A stretch of 64,000 nt of DNA from Candidatus Latescibacterota bacterium (GTDB lineage Bacteria; Latescibacterota; UBA2968; UBA8231), in NCBI GenBank assembly GCA_965223905.1, contig CBDCXV010000009.1, forward strand, positions 832,001 to 896,000, given 5' to 3'. The notes under the pieces are model-generated. The model searched no databases. It was not told the DNA's origin and saw nothing but the letters and a program-made list of their open reading frames with translations. The position numbers were made by a program, and so were the translations under genes. Below are positions 49,580-59,581 of the stretch, in pieces; position 1 is the stretch's first letter; every line of letters begins with the position of its first letter.

Positions 49580-52171
49580 ATGACAGCAGAACACCGCCGG
49601 TTTTCCGGAATATCCCGGATTTTCCACGGCCTGTTAATCCTGGCAGCAGCCGTACCCGGCTGGTCGGCCCCGGCTCCACCGGATTGGATCCTGATCGACC
49701 CCAGCGACGAGCCCGGGTTCTGGGTGGTGACCTGGCCTTCGGTTGCCGACGCCGACGGCTACCAGATTTACCTGCAGATCGGGGCCGCCGACGTCGAGGG
49801 GGACCAGGCCCCCGAGCCGGTCCTGGCCCGGTGGGGCTACGTCGAACAACAGGACGGGGTGATCCGGGTCAAGATCGCCGGCCTGTCTCAGGAGACGTTC
49901 TCCTTCGGGGTGGCCACCGTCAAGGACGGGGTCGAATCGGAAATCACCTGGCCGGCACAGCCTTCACAGCCTTCTTCGGCACTCGCGCCACCGGATTCGG
50001 TTTGGGTCGAAGAATACGGAGAAGGTATTGTAGTTCTTGCCTGGACTGCCGTGCCGGGAGCCGATGGGTACAGGATTTACGGAGAGGTCTTAGTGACCGT
50101 TGCATTGAATTCTCAAGGGGAAATCGTAATCCTTGAAAGCCCAGAAGTAGTTTGGGTGTCGTGGGGCTATGTGGACCAGCAGGATTCGGAAATAATCCGG
50201 GCTACCATTCCGATCCTGGATGAGGGGCCGCCCGCGCTTGCCGTAGCCGCAGAAAAGGACGGGGTGAAATCAGAAATCGCCTGGCCGCCGGCACATCCGG
50301 ACTTCAACCGGGATGGCCAGGTGAACCTCCTCGACTTCTTCCTGCTCGCCGACGCCTTCGGGAGCACCCTCCGGGGATTCGACCTCGACCGGGACGGCCG
50401 GGTCGACCTAGACGACTATTTCCTGTTCGCCAATGCCTTTCAGACCGGCCAATGGCAACCGGAGAACGCAACGCCCGAGCGAAGCGCCGCAACCGAGACG
50501 GTGTACATGAATGGCCGAATCCATACCCAGGACCAGGATCTGCCCTGGGCCGAGTCGCTAGTCACCAGGGGCGACCGAATCGTCCTCGTGGGCTCTGACG
50601 AGGACGCCCTGCGGTATGCCGGTCCGGACGCCAAGCTGGTAGACCTGCAGGGCCGATTCGTGATGCCGGGGATAATCGACGCACACACGCACCCCGGCTT
50701 GATCAGCATCTGGGCCGACCTGTCGGGACTGGATGAAACCGTGGGAGAGAACGCAGAGCCCGCCACACCCGACCGGATGCCGTCCGGGCCGCGGGAGGCG
50801 ACGCTGGCCTGGGTGCAACAGTACGCCGACGATCACCCGTGGACTCCCGTGATCTCACAGGGGGTATGGGATGTTGCCGCCTACCTGCCTGACGGCCCCC
50901 ACAGAAGAGACCTGGATGAGATTTCCAGCGTAAGACCCATTCTGTTGTACGACAACTCGGGACACAGCGTCTGGGTTAATTCCGCCATGCTACGGCTATT
51001 GGGCATCGACAGAGATACGCCGGACCTCAGCGAGAACCTGTCGCATTTCGTGCGCGACGAGACCGGAGAGCCCACCGGCTGGCTCAAGGAGTTTGTCCTG
51101 ACGCACTACATGGGTGGCAAGTTGGTACCAAGTTCCGAACAATTGAAGGAACGGATGCTGAAGTACTTGAACTACATGTCGAGCAAAGGCATCACGACCT
51201 TGTGGGACGCCGGCAACTTCAACATGGACGACGCGGTGTACCAGGTCGCCCATGATATCGCGAGAGAAGGCGATCTGCCGTTGCGTTGGGAAGGGTCGTA
51301 CCACATCTGGGCGCCGGATCAAATCGACCTGGCAGCCGAATCCCTGCTCCGGCTGCGGGCAAGATACAGCCACGGCAAACTGCAGTTCAACACCGTCAAG
51401 ATCCACTACGATGGCATGCAGGACATTCTGACCGCCGGCATGCTGGAGCCCTACGTCACAGACCCCGACAACTACGGCGGCGTGCTGTTCACGCCGCAAC
51501 GATTGAGCCGCTTCATGCAGGAGCTGGACGGCCACGGCATCGATCTGCACCTGCATGCGGCCGGCGACCGTGCGACCCGAAATATTCTCGACGCCGTCGA
51601 GCAGGCGCGGGCGGCGCTGGGACGGCCTTTGGGAATCGAGGTCACGCTGAGTCACCTGTTCTCGGTCGCCGACAGTGATATCGAACGCTTTCCCGAGTTG
51701 AACGTACACGCCAATTTCACGCCGCACTGGTTCGGCGGAACGGTGTTCGGGGAGGCCAGAGAGATCAACGTCGGTCCGGAACGGGCCGGCCGCTCTCAGC
51801 TCGTCGGGCATTTCATGCGGCGACAGGCCAGTGTTACGCTCTCCAGCGACGCCGTCCACAACCCGCGGCGGGTGAACCCCTTCATCGGCATCGAAATGAG
51901 TATTACCCGAAGGGCGATAGACCGGGCTGACGCCGCCGCCCTGCCGCCGTTCGATGCCGGAATCTCATTGGAGCAGGCGCTGGCCGCCTATACCGTCAAC
52001 GGCGCTGCGCAACTGGGATTGGAAGAAGAAATCGGCGCCCTAAAGGCCGGCTTGCTGGCGGACTTCATCGTCCTGCCACAAAATCCGTTCGCAACCGACG
52101 TGGAGACCATCCACGCCATCGAGCCCAGCGCCACAATTGTGGCCGGTGAGCTGCGAAGCGGTAGCCTGTAA
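49580..52171 (+). CDS. Fusion: secreted FN3-like/dockerin module + amidohydrolase-3
   Basis: N-part matches 57127-57987; C-part is a paralog of 44442-46155. Confidence 0.8.
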   Translation: MTAEHRRFSGISRIFHGLLILAAAVPGWSAPAPPDWILIDPSDEPGFWVVTWPSVADADGYQIYLQIGAADVEGDQAPEPVLARWGYVEQQDGVIRVKIAGLSQETFSFGVATVKDGVESEITWPAQPSQPSSALAPPDSVWVEEYGEGIVVLAWTAVPGADGYRIYGEVLVTVALNSQGEIVILESPEVVWVSWGYVDQQDSEIIRATIPILDEGPPALAVAAEKDGVKSEIAWPPAHPDFNRDGQVNLLDFFLLADAFGSTLRGFDLDRDGRVDLDDYFLFANAFQTGQWQPENATPERSAATETVYMNGRIHTQDQDLPWAESLVTRGDRIVLVGSDEDALRYAGPDAKLVDLQGRFVMPGIIDAHTHPGLISIWADLSGLDETVGENAEPATPDRMPSGPREATLAWVQQYADDHPWTPVISQGVWDVAAYLPDGPHRRDLDEISSVRPILLYDNSGHSVWVNSAMLRLLGIDRDTPDLSENLSHFVRDETGEPTGWLKEFVLTHYMGGKLVPSSEQLKERMLKYLNYMSSKGITTLWDAGNFNMDDAVYQVAHDIAREGDLPLRWEGSYHIWAPDQIDLAAESLLRLRARYSHGKLQFNTVKIHYDGMQDILTAGMLEPYVTDPDNYGGVLFTPQRLSRFMQELDGHGIDLHLHAAGDRATRNILDAVEQARAALGRPLGIEVTLSHLFSVADSDIERFPELNVHANFTPHWFGGTVFGEAREINVGPERAGRSQLVGHFMRRQASVTLSSDAVHNPRRVNPFIGIEMSITRRAIDRADAAALPPFDAGISLEQALAAYTVNGAAQLGLEEEIGALKAGLLADFIVLPQNPFATDVETIHAIEPSATIVAGELRSGSL

Positions 52172-52399
52172 GCGGCTGACCAGGCGACGACCGGACGATC
52201 CGCATGTTGCTGAATCGCCTCGACCCCCGCATCCCCTCCTCGATCAAAGCCGTGTTTCCCATCCACAGTACCGGTTTCCAGGCTGTGTTTGACGCGCTTC
52301 CGGGAAACTTCCCGTACCATGGGAACGAGGGGAGCCGTGCTGTTTCAACCTGACCTGACCTCGCGAACGCTTCTATCGCAACGGGTTGCCCTCCCATGC

Positions 52400-52691
52400 C
52401 CGCCTCTCCTTCAGCGAGCCGGTCAAAGCCAGTTACCGCACGCTGCGGGACAATCGCCCTGCAAGCGACCAACGGCCAAGTAACCAAATCCAAGCGAGTC
52501 AACGGCAGCAATCAATTCTGGGACGTCATGGTCGTGCCCTCGTCCAACGAGCCGGGGACCGTCACCCTGACCGGCGGCGTCGCCTGCGACCAAAGTGGTG
52601 CGATCTGCACCCACGACGACCGGCCCCTGTCCAACAATCCCGGTGTAACCATCGGCTCGCCGCCCGCGTCCAAGATCGTAGCAACGCAGAC
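52400..52691 (+). pseudogene. Remnant paralogous to the C-terminal region of the FN3 protein (48865-49150)
   Basis: SFSEPVKASYRTLR / IALQATNG..NGSNQFWDV..GGVAC. Confidence 0.75.
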
Positions 52692-53302
52692 GAGTGAAGC
52701 CGGACTGCTGGTCGTCCTCGACGGCGGCAAGGGACTGTACAAGGCGGTGCGGTCGGTGCTGAAAGGGCATGCCTGCGTACAGCGCTGCCAGTATCACAAG
52801 CGCCAGAACGTCGTCTCGTATCTGCCCAAGAGCGAGCAGGCCCGGATCCGTTACAAAATGGAAGCGGCCTACGGGCAAGCGACGTACGAGGAGGCCAAGG
52901 CTGCCCTGGAGGCGCTCAAGCCGGGCTTGGAGCTGACGAACCAGTCCGCCCTGCACAGCCTCGAGGAAGGCCTGGAAGAGACCCTCACCCTGCACCGCTT
53001 GGGAGTGATGCCGATGTTGAAGAATTCCTTCCGTACCACCAACTGCATCGAGAACGTCAACGGTCTTCTGGGGCAGTTGACGCACAACGTGCGGCGCTGG
53101 AGCAACTCATCGCAGCGTCACCGCTGGGTAGCCACGGCGCTGTTGGACATCGAACCGCGTCTTCGCCGGGTCAAAGGCTACCGTCACTTACCGACGTTGC
53201 GGCACGCCCTGCAGGCCGAGCTCGGTATCGAACAGCTCGCTATGACGGGCTGATCTATTCACTCGAGCCTGTGGTTTGTTTCAACTAAAAATGGGACTTG
53301 CC
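52692..53302 (+). mobile_element. IS256-family element, 3' part only (truncated transposase to 53253 plus right end)
   Basis: DGGKGL, QRCQYHK, RTTNCIENVN; tttcaactaaaaatgggacttgcc resembles an IS256 terminal repeat. Confidence 0.8.
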
Positions 53303-53376
53303 CTACTCGCCGATCCCGCCCTTTTTTGTTCGACGGTGATCGCGTCTGGTTCATCCACATACATCGGAGGAAAGCC

Positions 53377-54126
53377 ATGCTCGAAAAACTAAACGAGTTC
53401 TACGAATCACACGGAATATCGCCGGTTGATTTTCGCTGTAAGAAGCGGCAATGTTGCTCGGCCAACTCCCCGGATTTCACGGAAGCCAAGGCGAGTTTCG
53501 TGGGTCCGCTCTATGAAAAGGGAACAGCCCTCCCGCGCTTGCTCTTTCTCTCGATGGACCCCGGTTGCAGCAACCCGAATCCGCAGGAACGTACCACCGA
53601 AGCTGTGCGCAAATGGACCCTCGAATGTGTGGTAGCGGAACTTCCCAAGAACCAGCACTGGTACCTCACCCACGAAATGGCTGTCGAGCTACTCCGCCAG
53701 TTCGAGCCCGAGCTCACGGTCGCCGACACGCCGCAGTACTTTGCCCACGTCAACAGCGCGAAGTGCTGCCAGAACAAGCCTGGGAACAAGGGAGCTGACG
53801 CGACCTTGTTTAAGAATTGCCGCCCGTTCGTTCCGGGAGAACTATGCATCCTGAAGCCGGACGTTATCGTGACGCAAGGCAACCCGGCAAAGGAAGCGAT
53901 TTGCTGTAGCTTCCACGTCCGAAAGCATGACGTGCGCAAAATGGAGGGCGCTCACTACGAGACCGGCCTCATCGAACTCGAGCCGAACGGAAAGACGTCC
54001 CTCTGGCTTCATACCTACCATCCCAGTTACTACAAGGGCTTCTATCCACAGCGCGCCCATTGCTGGCCTTTGTATGCGAAAAGGGTCGGTCGATTCTGGC
54101 GTTCGACGACGGGGGGCAGCCGATAA
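53377..54126 (+). CDS. Uracil-DNA glycosylase-like superfamily protein
   Basis: LLFLSMDPG, NSAKCC, EL.ILKPDVIVTQG, YHPS; GGAGG RBS. Confidence 0.7.
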   Translation: MLEKLNEFYESHGISPVDFRCKKRQCCSANSPDFTEAKASFVGPLYEKGTALPRLLFLSMDPGCSNPNPQERTTEAVRKWTLECVVAELPKNQHWYLTHEMAVELLRQFEPELTVADTPQYFAHVNSAKCCQNKPGNKGADATLFKNCRPFVPGELCILKPDVIVTQGNPAKEAICCSFHVRKHDVRKMEGAHYETGLIELEPNGKTSLWLHTYHPSYYKGFYPQRAHCWPLYAKRVGRFWRSTTGGSR

Positions 54127-54299
54127 AGTTGCCGCGCCCCGCTGCACGGGCAGCCGTCGCCGACCGGGCCAGGCAATCTATTCGCGTGCTGGCCGGGACC
54201 CCGGCGCCAAGGCCGTGACCGGGGCAAGCTGGCGGCCCGGGGCGGCCGTCGCCTCGCGCATCCGCTACGACAAGTGAAGGATTAGGAGGAAAATGAGCT

Positions 54300-55220
54300 A
54301 TGAGCTTTTTGAACAAAGTAATGGAAGTACTGGAGTTTGTGGGTGAGGCATTGGAGTCATACCAAGCGCCGAAAACCTATCCGACGCTGCAAGCCGCGTT
54401 GCATAAATATCTCGATGGGGAGGGTTACTTAGTAAAGAAATCTAGCCCATTTTCCGCGAAACTGGAAAAGCCGGGGACGTTTAGCCCAAAGACTGTGACG
54501 CTTACCGTGAAAGAGGACGGATCTGTGTACATTGTCGAAAGCGGTTTTTTTGGGGAGGAAACCGTATTCCCTAAAACAGCGGGAGCTCCAACACCGGAGA
54601 AATTTAAGCAGACATTGGAAGAAGAGAAAAGAGAAAAGATCGTCTTCACTAGGTTTTTTATGATGTTTGGAAAGCTTGCAAAGGCCGATTCCAAGGTATC
54701 AAAAGAAGAAAAAAACGCTATTAAGGCAATAATGACCGAGGCCGGATTTGACAAAAAGACACGAAAGATGGCCATTGAGCGGGTTAGGAAGGGTAAGGAG
54801 ACGAAAACCCCATTTCGGGAAATAGCCATTGAATTTGCAAAAAACGCAAAAGATAAAGAAATGCTAGAAGCTGCTCTGAATTGTCTCGTGCAAATTGCTA
54901 CTGCTGATGGCGTGTTACACGCCCAAGAAGAACGCTATCTCAACGAGGCAGTCACCGCCTTTGAATTGCCCTTAGAGACCTTAACGGAAGCATTAGAGGA
55001 AATTCTCCCAGATATGGAGAGGTACTATGGGATCTTGGGCTGTGATTCTTCAGTTTCGGATGACGAATTGAAACGGTGCTACCGCGAAATTATTCAGCAA
55101 TATCACCCTGATCGAACATCCTCAAAGGATCTAGCCCCGAGTATTATCGAATTCGCTAACCATAAATTTCAAGAAATTCAAAACGCATATGAAGCTATAG
55201 TCGAAAATCGAAAAAGGTAA
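54300..55220 (+). CDS. TerB + DnaJ domain (DjlA-like) protein
   Basis: LAKADSKVSKEE, IATADG.LH..E, YYGILG...YHPDR..KFQEIQNAYE. Confidence 0.85.
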   Translation: MSFLNKVMEVLEFVGEALESYQAPKTYPTLQAALHKYLDGEGYLVKKSSPFSAKLEKPGTFSPKTVTLTVKEDGSVYIVESGFFGEETVFPKTAGAPTPEKFKQTLEEEKREKIVFTRFFMMFGKLAKADSKVSKEEKNAIKAIMTEAGFDKKTRKMAIERVRKGKETKTPFREIAIEFAKNAKDKEMLEAALNCLVQIATADGVLHAQEERYLNEAVTAFELPLETLTEALEEILPDMERYYGILGCDSSVSDDELKRCYREIIQQYHPDRTSSKDLAPSIIEFANHKFQEIQNAYEAIVENRKR

Positions 55221-55225
55221 AGGAA

Positions 55226-56050
55226 ATGGCAGAATTAAATGAGTATGAGAAAATTCAGATAAAGGAGATTGAAAAGTGGAAAAATGAAGATCCTGGAGTG
55301 GTCAGCCAAACTATGGGTAAAGCCATCGAACCACTCGCTTGGCTCTTAAGGAAACTTGTGCCCGATGCTGCCATACGAGGAGCTCTATACTTCTCAAATA
55401 CGATGGCGGAGTGGTTGACAGATACTAAAGATGTTCTTCGTGATGGAGAAGTGGCCAAAGTTTCCGATCTTCGGAAAAAAAGTCTCGAACTCTCCGACAA
55501 ACTGGCAGATTCAGTCCACAACTGCGCCATAGGTATCGCTGCAAGTGAAGGAACTGCCACGGGGATCTTTGGATTACCTGCGACAGCTGTAGATGTACCG
55601 GTGGTGGTCACTCTGGCTTTACGGACGATTCACAAAATTGGCATCTGTTACGGGTACGAAAGTACTAACGACACGGAAAAAAAGTTCATCCTGGGCATTA
55701 TGGCTGCCTCTAGTGCAAACAGCCAATCCGAGAAAGTGGCAGCTATTGCAACACTTAGATCCATCGAGACCACACTTGCTAAGGTCACATGGAAGAAAAT
55801 GGCTGAGAAGGCCGCCGAGAGCCAAGTCAGCAAAGAGGCAGCCATTCTTTCAATCAAAAGTTTGGCCAAGCAGTTAGGGGTTAACATTACTAAGCGAAAA
55901 GCCTTAGCAGCAATACCCGTCGTGGGAGCCATCATTGGAGGATCTGTAAATGCCTGGTTTCTCAAGGAGTGTGGATGGGCGGCTCGAAGAGCATTCCAAG
56001 AACGATGGCTTATTGAGAATTGTAAAATTGAAAGTACGCGACCGTCCTGA
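55226..56050 (+). CDS. EcsC family protein
   Basis: EGTATG.FG....VDVP...LALRTIHKIG.CYGY, AIPVVGAIIGGSVN..RAFQERWL. Confidence 0.85.
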   Translation: MAELNEYEKIQIKEIEKWKNEDPGVVSQTMGKAIEPLAWLLRKLVPDAAIRGALYFSNTMAEWLTDTKDVLRDGEVAKVSDLRKKSLELSDKLADSVHNCAIGIAASEGTATGIFGLPATAVDVPVVVTLALRTIHKIGICYGYESTNDTEKKFILGIMAASSANSQSEKVAAIATLRSIETTLAKVTWKKMAEKAAESQVSKEAAILSIKSLAKQLGVNITKRKALAAIPVVGAIIGGSVNAWFLKECGWAARRAFQERWLIENCKIESTRPS

Positions 56051-56145
56051 GTCTCAACGCCCCAAGCAACATATTGGAATGTCAGGCAACACCCTGGCGC
56101 CTTCAAAATCAGCGCCGCATCGTGCCCAAGGGAGGGCTTACCTCC

Positions 56146-56751
56146 ATGAAAGTGACGCTGGATTTTCTGCTTCTGCCTTTTCTGTCCTATGCCGATGAAG
56201 CCTTTGTCGGCACGTGGCAGAGCGGTTCTGATGTGGCCGAAATAGGCAACGACGGCACGGTCGTTCTCCATACCAGCATCGAAGTAGCCGAAGTGGTGAC
56301 TGCCACCGAATTGGGATTCGGCGAATATCCTGATACCGAGGAAGTTCTGGCGGTGCTGCTGGAAGGCCGAAGAATCCACGCATCCCTTGCGGGAACATGG
56401 AAAATTCGCGGGAGCCGGTTTGTGACCGGGTACCAGACGGCCGAGACGATGGGGTGGGATGAGATCGTCCAGGACATCATGGACGTGGCAGGCCCGGTTA
56501 TCGAGGCTCGCCTGGAGAGGTCCAGCCAGGAAAACCGAAAGGCCATGGTATCGGCCTACAGGGAATTGGTGTCTTCCCTGTTCTCGGCTGAGGAGACTTT
56601 CCGGATCGGAGAGGAAATCTCTGTCGCCTGGAGTTTCGAAGGCGATGCCCTTACCCTGGGCGAGGCGGTCTACAACAGGGCGGGTTCAACCGCCGTCAAG
56701 TCCGTATCCTGGGGAGAACTGAAGAAAACAGGGAGGAGATGGGGGAGATAA
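56146..56751 (+). CDS. Secreted hypothetical protein with TAV..SWG.LK C-terminal motif
   Basis: GGAGG RBS, VGTWQS, TAVKSVSWGELKK. Confidence 0.6.
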   Translation: MKVTLDFLLLPFLSYADEAFVGTWQSGSDVAEIGNDGTVVLHTSIEVAEVVTATELGFGEYPDTEEVLAVLLEGRRIHASLAGTWKIRGSRFVTGYQTAETMGWDEIVQDIMDVAGPVIEARLERSSQENRKAMVSAYRELVSSLFSAEETFRIGEEISVAWSFEGDALTLGEAVYNRAGSTAVKSVSWGELKKTGRRWGR

Positions 56752-56855
56752 GTTCTTTCCTGTTCTGCTCCTGATTGGCCCCCCCATGCGTTTCCTTCCC
56801 CTCAAGAAGAAACCCGGGCCGGTGGCCATTGAGGTTCTCCGATCCGAACGGGGGA

Positions 56856-57081
56856 ATGATCGATCGCCCGCAGCCAAAGCAGGCTGCCCGAGGTCAAGGC
56901 CCAGGTTGTGGAGCTCTACTTGGCCGGGCGGCCGATTTCTCAGATCGCCGCCGAGGTCGGGGCGTCGAGGGGCATGATCCGGCGGTGGCTGGAACAAGCC
57001 GCCCGGGAGGAAGCGGCCGCTCAGAGTACGGCCGAAAGCCCAGATCCTGTATCGAACCAGATTCCGGAAAAGGAGGAGTAG
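56856..57081 (+). pseudogene. Small HTH protein, start disrupted by 4-bp ATCG duplication
   Basis: VKAQVVELYLAGRPISQIAAEVGASRGMIRRWL in a frame lacking its own start. Confidence 0.4.
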
Positions 57082-57117
57082 TCGAATGGTCACGACAGCT
57101 TACGAGGGAAATCCATC

Positions 57118-57990
57118 GTGGTCTCGGGAATATCCCGGATTTTCCACGGCCTGTTAATCCTGGCAGCAGCCGTACCCGGCTGGTCGGCCCCGGCTCCACC
57201 GGATTGGATCCTGATCGACCCCAGCGACGAGCCCGGGTTCTGGGTGGTGACCTGGCCTTCGGTTGCCGACGCCGACGGCTACCAGATTTACCTGCAGATC
57301 GGGGCCGCCGACGTCGAGGGGGACCAGGCCCCCGAGCCGGTCCTGGCCCGGTGGGGCTACGTCGAACAACAGGACGGGGTGATCCGGGTCAAGATCGCCG
57401 GCCTGTCTCAGGAGACGTTCTCCTTCGGGGTGGCCACCGTCAAGGACGGGGTCGAATCGGAAATCACCTGGCCGGCACAGCCTTCACAGCCTTCTTCGGC
57501 ACTCGCGCCACCGGATTCGGTTTGGGTCGAAGAATACGGAGAAGGTATTGTAGTTCTTGCCTGGACTGCCGTGCCGGGAGCCGATGGGTACAGGATTTAC
57601 GGAGAGGTCTTAGTGACCGTTGCATTGAATTCTCAAGGGGAAATCGTAATCCTTGAAAGCCCAGAAGTAGTTTGGGTGTCGTGGGGCTATGTGGACCAGC
57701 AGGATTCGGAAATAATCCGGGCTACCATTCCGATCCTGGATGAGGGGCCGCCCGCGCTTGCCGTAGCCGCAGAAAAGGACGGGGTGAAATCAGAAATCGC
57801 CTGGCCGCCGGCACATCCGGACTTCAACCGGGATGGCCAGGTGAACCTCCTCGACTTCTTCCTGCTCGCCGACGCCTTCGGGAGCACCCTCCGGGGATTC
57901 GACCTCGACCGGGACGGCCGGGTCGACCTAGACGACTATTTCCTGTTCGCCAATGCCTTTCAGATCGGCCAATGGCAACCGGAGAACTGA
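57118..57990 (+). CDS. Secreted FN3-like/dockerin (EF-hand) protein; 5' end may be truncated
   Basis: DFNRDGQVNLLDFFLLADAFG; 861-bp duplicate of 49607-50467. Confidence 0.75.
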   Translation: MVSGISRIFHGLLILAAAVPGWSAPAPPDWILIDPSDEPGFWVVTWPSVADADGYQIYLQIGAADVEGDQAPEPVLARWGYVEQQDGVIRVKIAGLSQETFSFGVATVKDGVESEITWPAQPSQPSSALAPPDSVWVEEYGEGIVVLAWTAVPGADGYRIYGEVLVTVALNSQGEIVILESPEVVWVSWGYVDQQDSEIIRATIPILDEGPPALAVAAEKDGVKSEIAWPPAHPDFNRDGQVNLLDFFLLADAFGSTLRGFDLDRDGRVDLDDYFLFANAFQIGQWQPEN

Positions 57991-58269
57991 AACCCCGGGG
58001 CGGCACCTTTCCCCGCTGGTGGGGGGAAACTTTTCGCTTAGGAGATTGACGTTACGCCAACAGAGGAATTTGTAGGTAGATCGATCCCCTACCTTTATGT
58101 AATGGTTCATTCCGTGGAAAAGCCCCCCCAGCGATTTGGAAGAGCGGCTCCATAGATTGGAAGAAGCCGTCTCCTGGATGGTTCAATGGCACAACGAGAA
58201 CGGAGCCAGTTTCGCGCAACCCAAATATCTCGGTTCCTGCTTTGGATAGGAATAGGGCTCATTTTTGCC

Positions 58270-58290
58270 GGGGGGGGGGGGGGGGGGGGG
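58270..58290 (+). repeat. G21 homopolymer
   Basis: 21 consecutive G. Confidence 0.9.
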
Positions 58291-58479
58291 TGATTTCGGG
58301 TATTGCTACCATTTGCCTTCAAGACAACAGATTGCTGCCGGAGTAGCAGAAGTAGGTAAAAACATGACAGCCTTCGGCATTTGGACCGGAATACTCGGAT
58401 GCTATCTGTCTTCATGGGGTGCATCGTTCGGGCCCTTGGCCGCTGATTATTAATTCCCTTTGACCTTGAGGAAAAAGCC

Positions 58480-59142
58480 ATGCGCTACCTGTTCATCTTG
58501 GCCGCCCTGGCACTATGGGCCGGCCCCGACCTTCACGCTGCCGAAGGGAGGCCAACGGCTCCAGATTCGGCCCGATGGGCTTTCGGCCTGTCCTTGCCCT
58601 CCGCGAATTTAGCAAGTATTTGGCGCCTGGGACCGGCCAGCGCCTGGGGCTTGGAACTGAGCTGTTCGGCTTTGAGTTGGACCGACGCGAAGGGACCCCG
58701 GGCGGAATATACCGAAGTTGGGTCATTCCTGAACCGGACTCGGGATTATGACGACCGGCAAAGGAAGACGGTGGCCGCCTCCTTTACGGCAAAGCGATTC
58801 CGCCCGCCTATTCGTGATGTGGCCCCCTTCGGCTTTGTCCGCCTCTATGGCTCGGTTGATAGCATCCACTGGCCGGCGTGGCCGGAATGGCGTACAGGCC
58901 CCCAGACGCTGTCCGAATTCGACTGGCGAATTTATGCCGGGTTTGGCGTGGCCTGGACCCCCTTCGACCGGGTGGGTTTGTGGGCCTCCCAAGGCGTCAT
59001 GTTCTGGTACGAGAAAGAGGACCTGCCTTCCCGCCGGATACAACACGAGGACCTGCCCGAAAGCATCCAAGTTGAGCGCCAAGAGTATCGCCACGGATTG
59101 GGCCTGTCGAGGCCCCGGCTGTTGGTGTTCTTCAAGTTCTAA
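58480..59142 (+). CDS. Putative outer-membrane beta-barrel protein
   Basis: Signal peptide, alternating aromatic strands, C-terminal F. Confidence 0.6.
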   Translation: MRYLFILAALALWAGPDLHAAEGRPTAPDSARWAFGLSLPSANLASIWRLGPASAWGLELSCSALSWTDAKGPRAEYTEVGSFLNRTRDYDDRQRKTVAASFTAKRFRPPIRDVAPFGFVRLYGSVDSIHWPAWPEWRTGPQTLSEFDWRIYAGFGVAWTPFDRVGLWASQGVMFWYEKEDLPSRRIQHEDLPESIQVERQEYRHGLGLSRPRLLVFFKF

Positions 59143-59581
59143 ACCCGGATCGTTTCCCGGGTTGGACCAAGGGAGTTGGAGCGGGATTCAGGCCATCTGT
59201 ATGGACATGCACGACCCCTCCTTCGCGGTCGTTGAGGGCCTGCATGCCGGAGGGGGTGGACAAGATCGTCTTCGGCAGGTTCCACGTCCTGCGTTTGCGG
59301 CTATCCACGAACTCGGTTCCGCGACTGCACCATGGTCTTCCCCTCGATAATGCCAAGTTCGTCCTTTTTATATCCGAATTTATCGAAACCTAATCCGGCG
59401 CCCGGAGGGGGGTGCCGAGGCGGGATTGGGTAGATTGGGGGCCTAACCGGAGTGAACCGCCTGCCGACATTCCGCTGCCCTGCCCGGAGGAAAGCACTGA
59501 TGGGGAGGTTGGTGTGTTGGGGCAACGGCGATGCACGCCTGTTCGGCGAGATTGCCTTCGGCGAGGCGGTCTCGAACCGAA

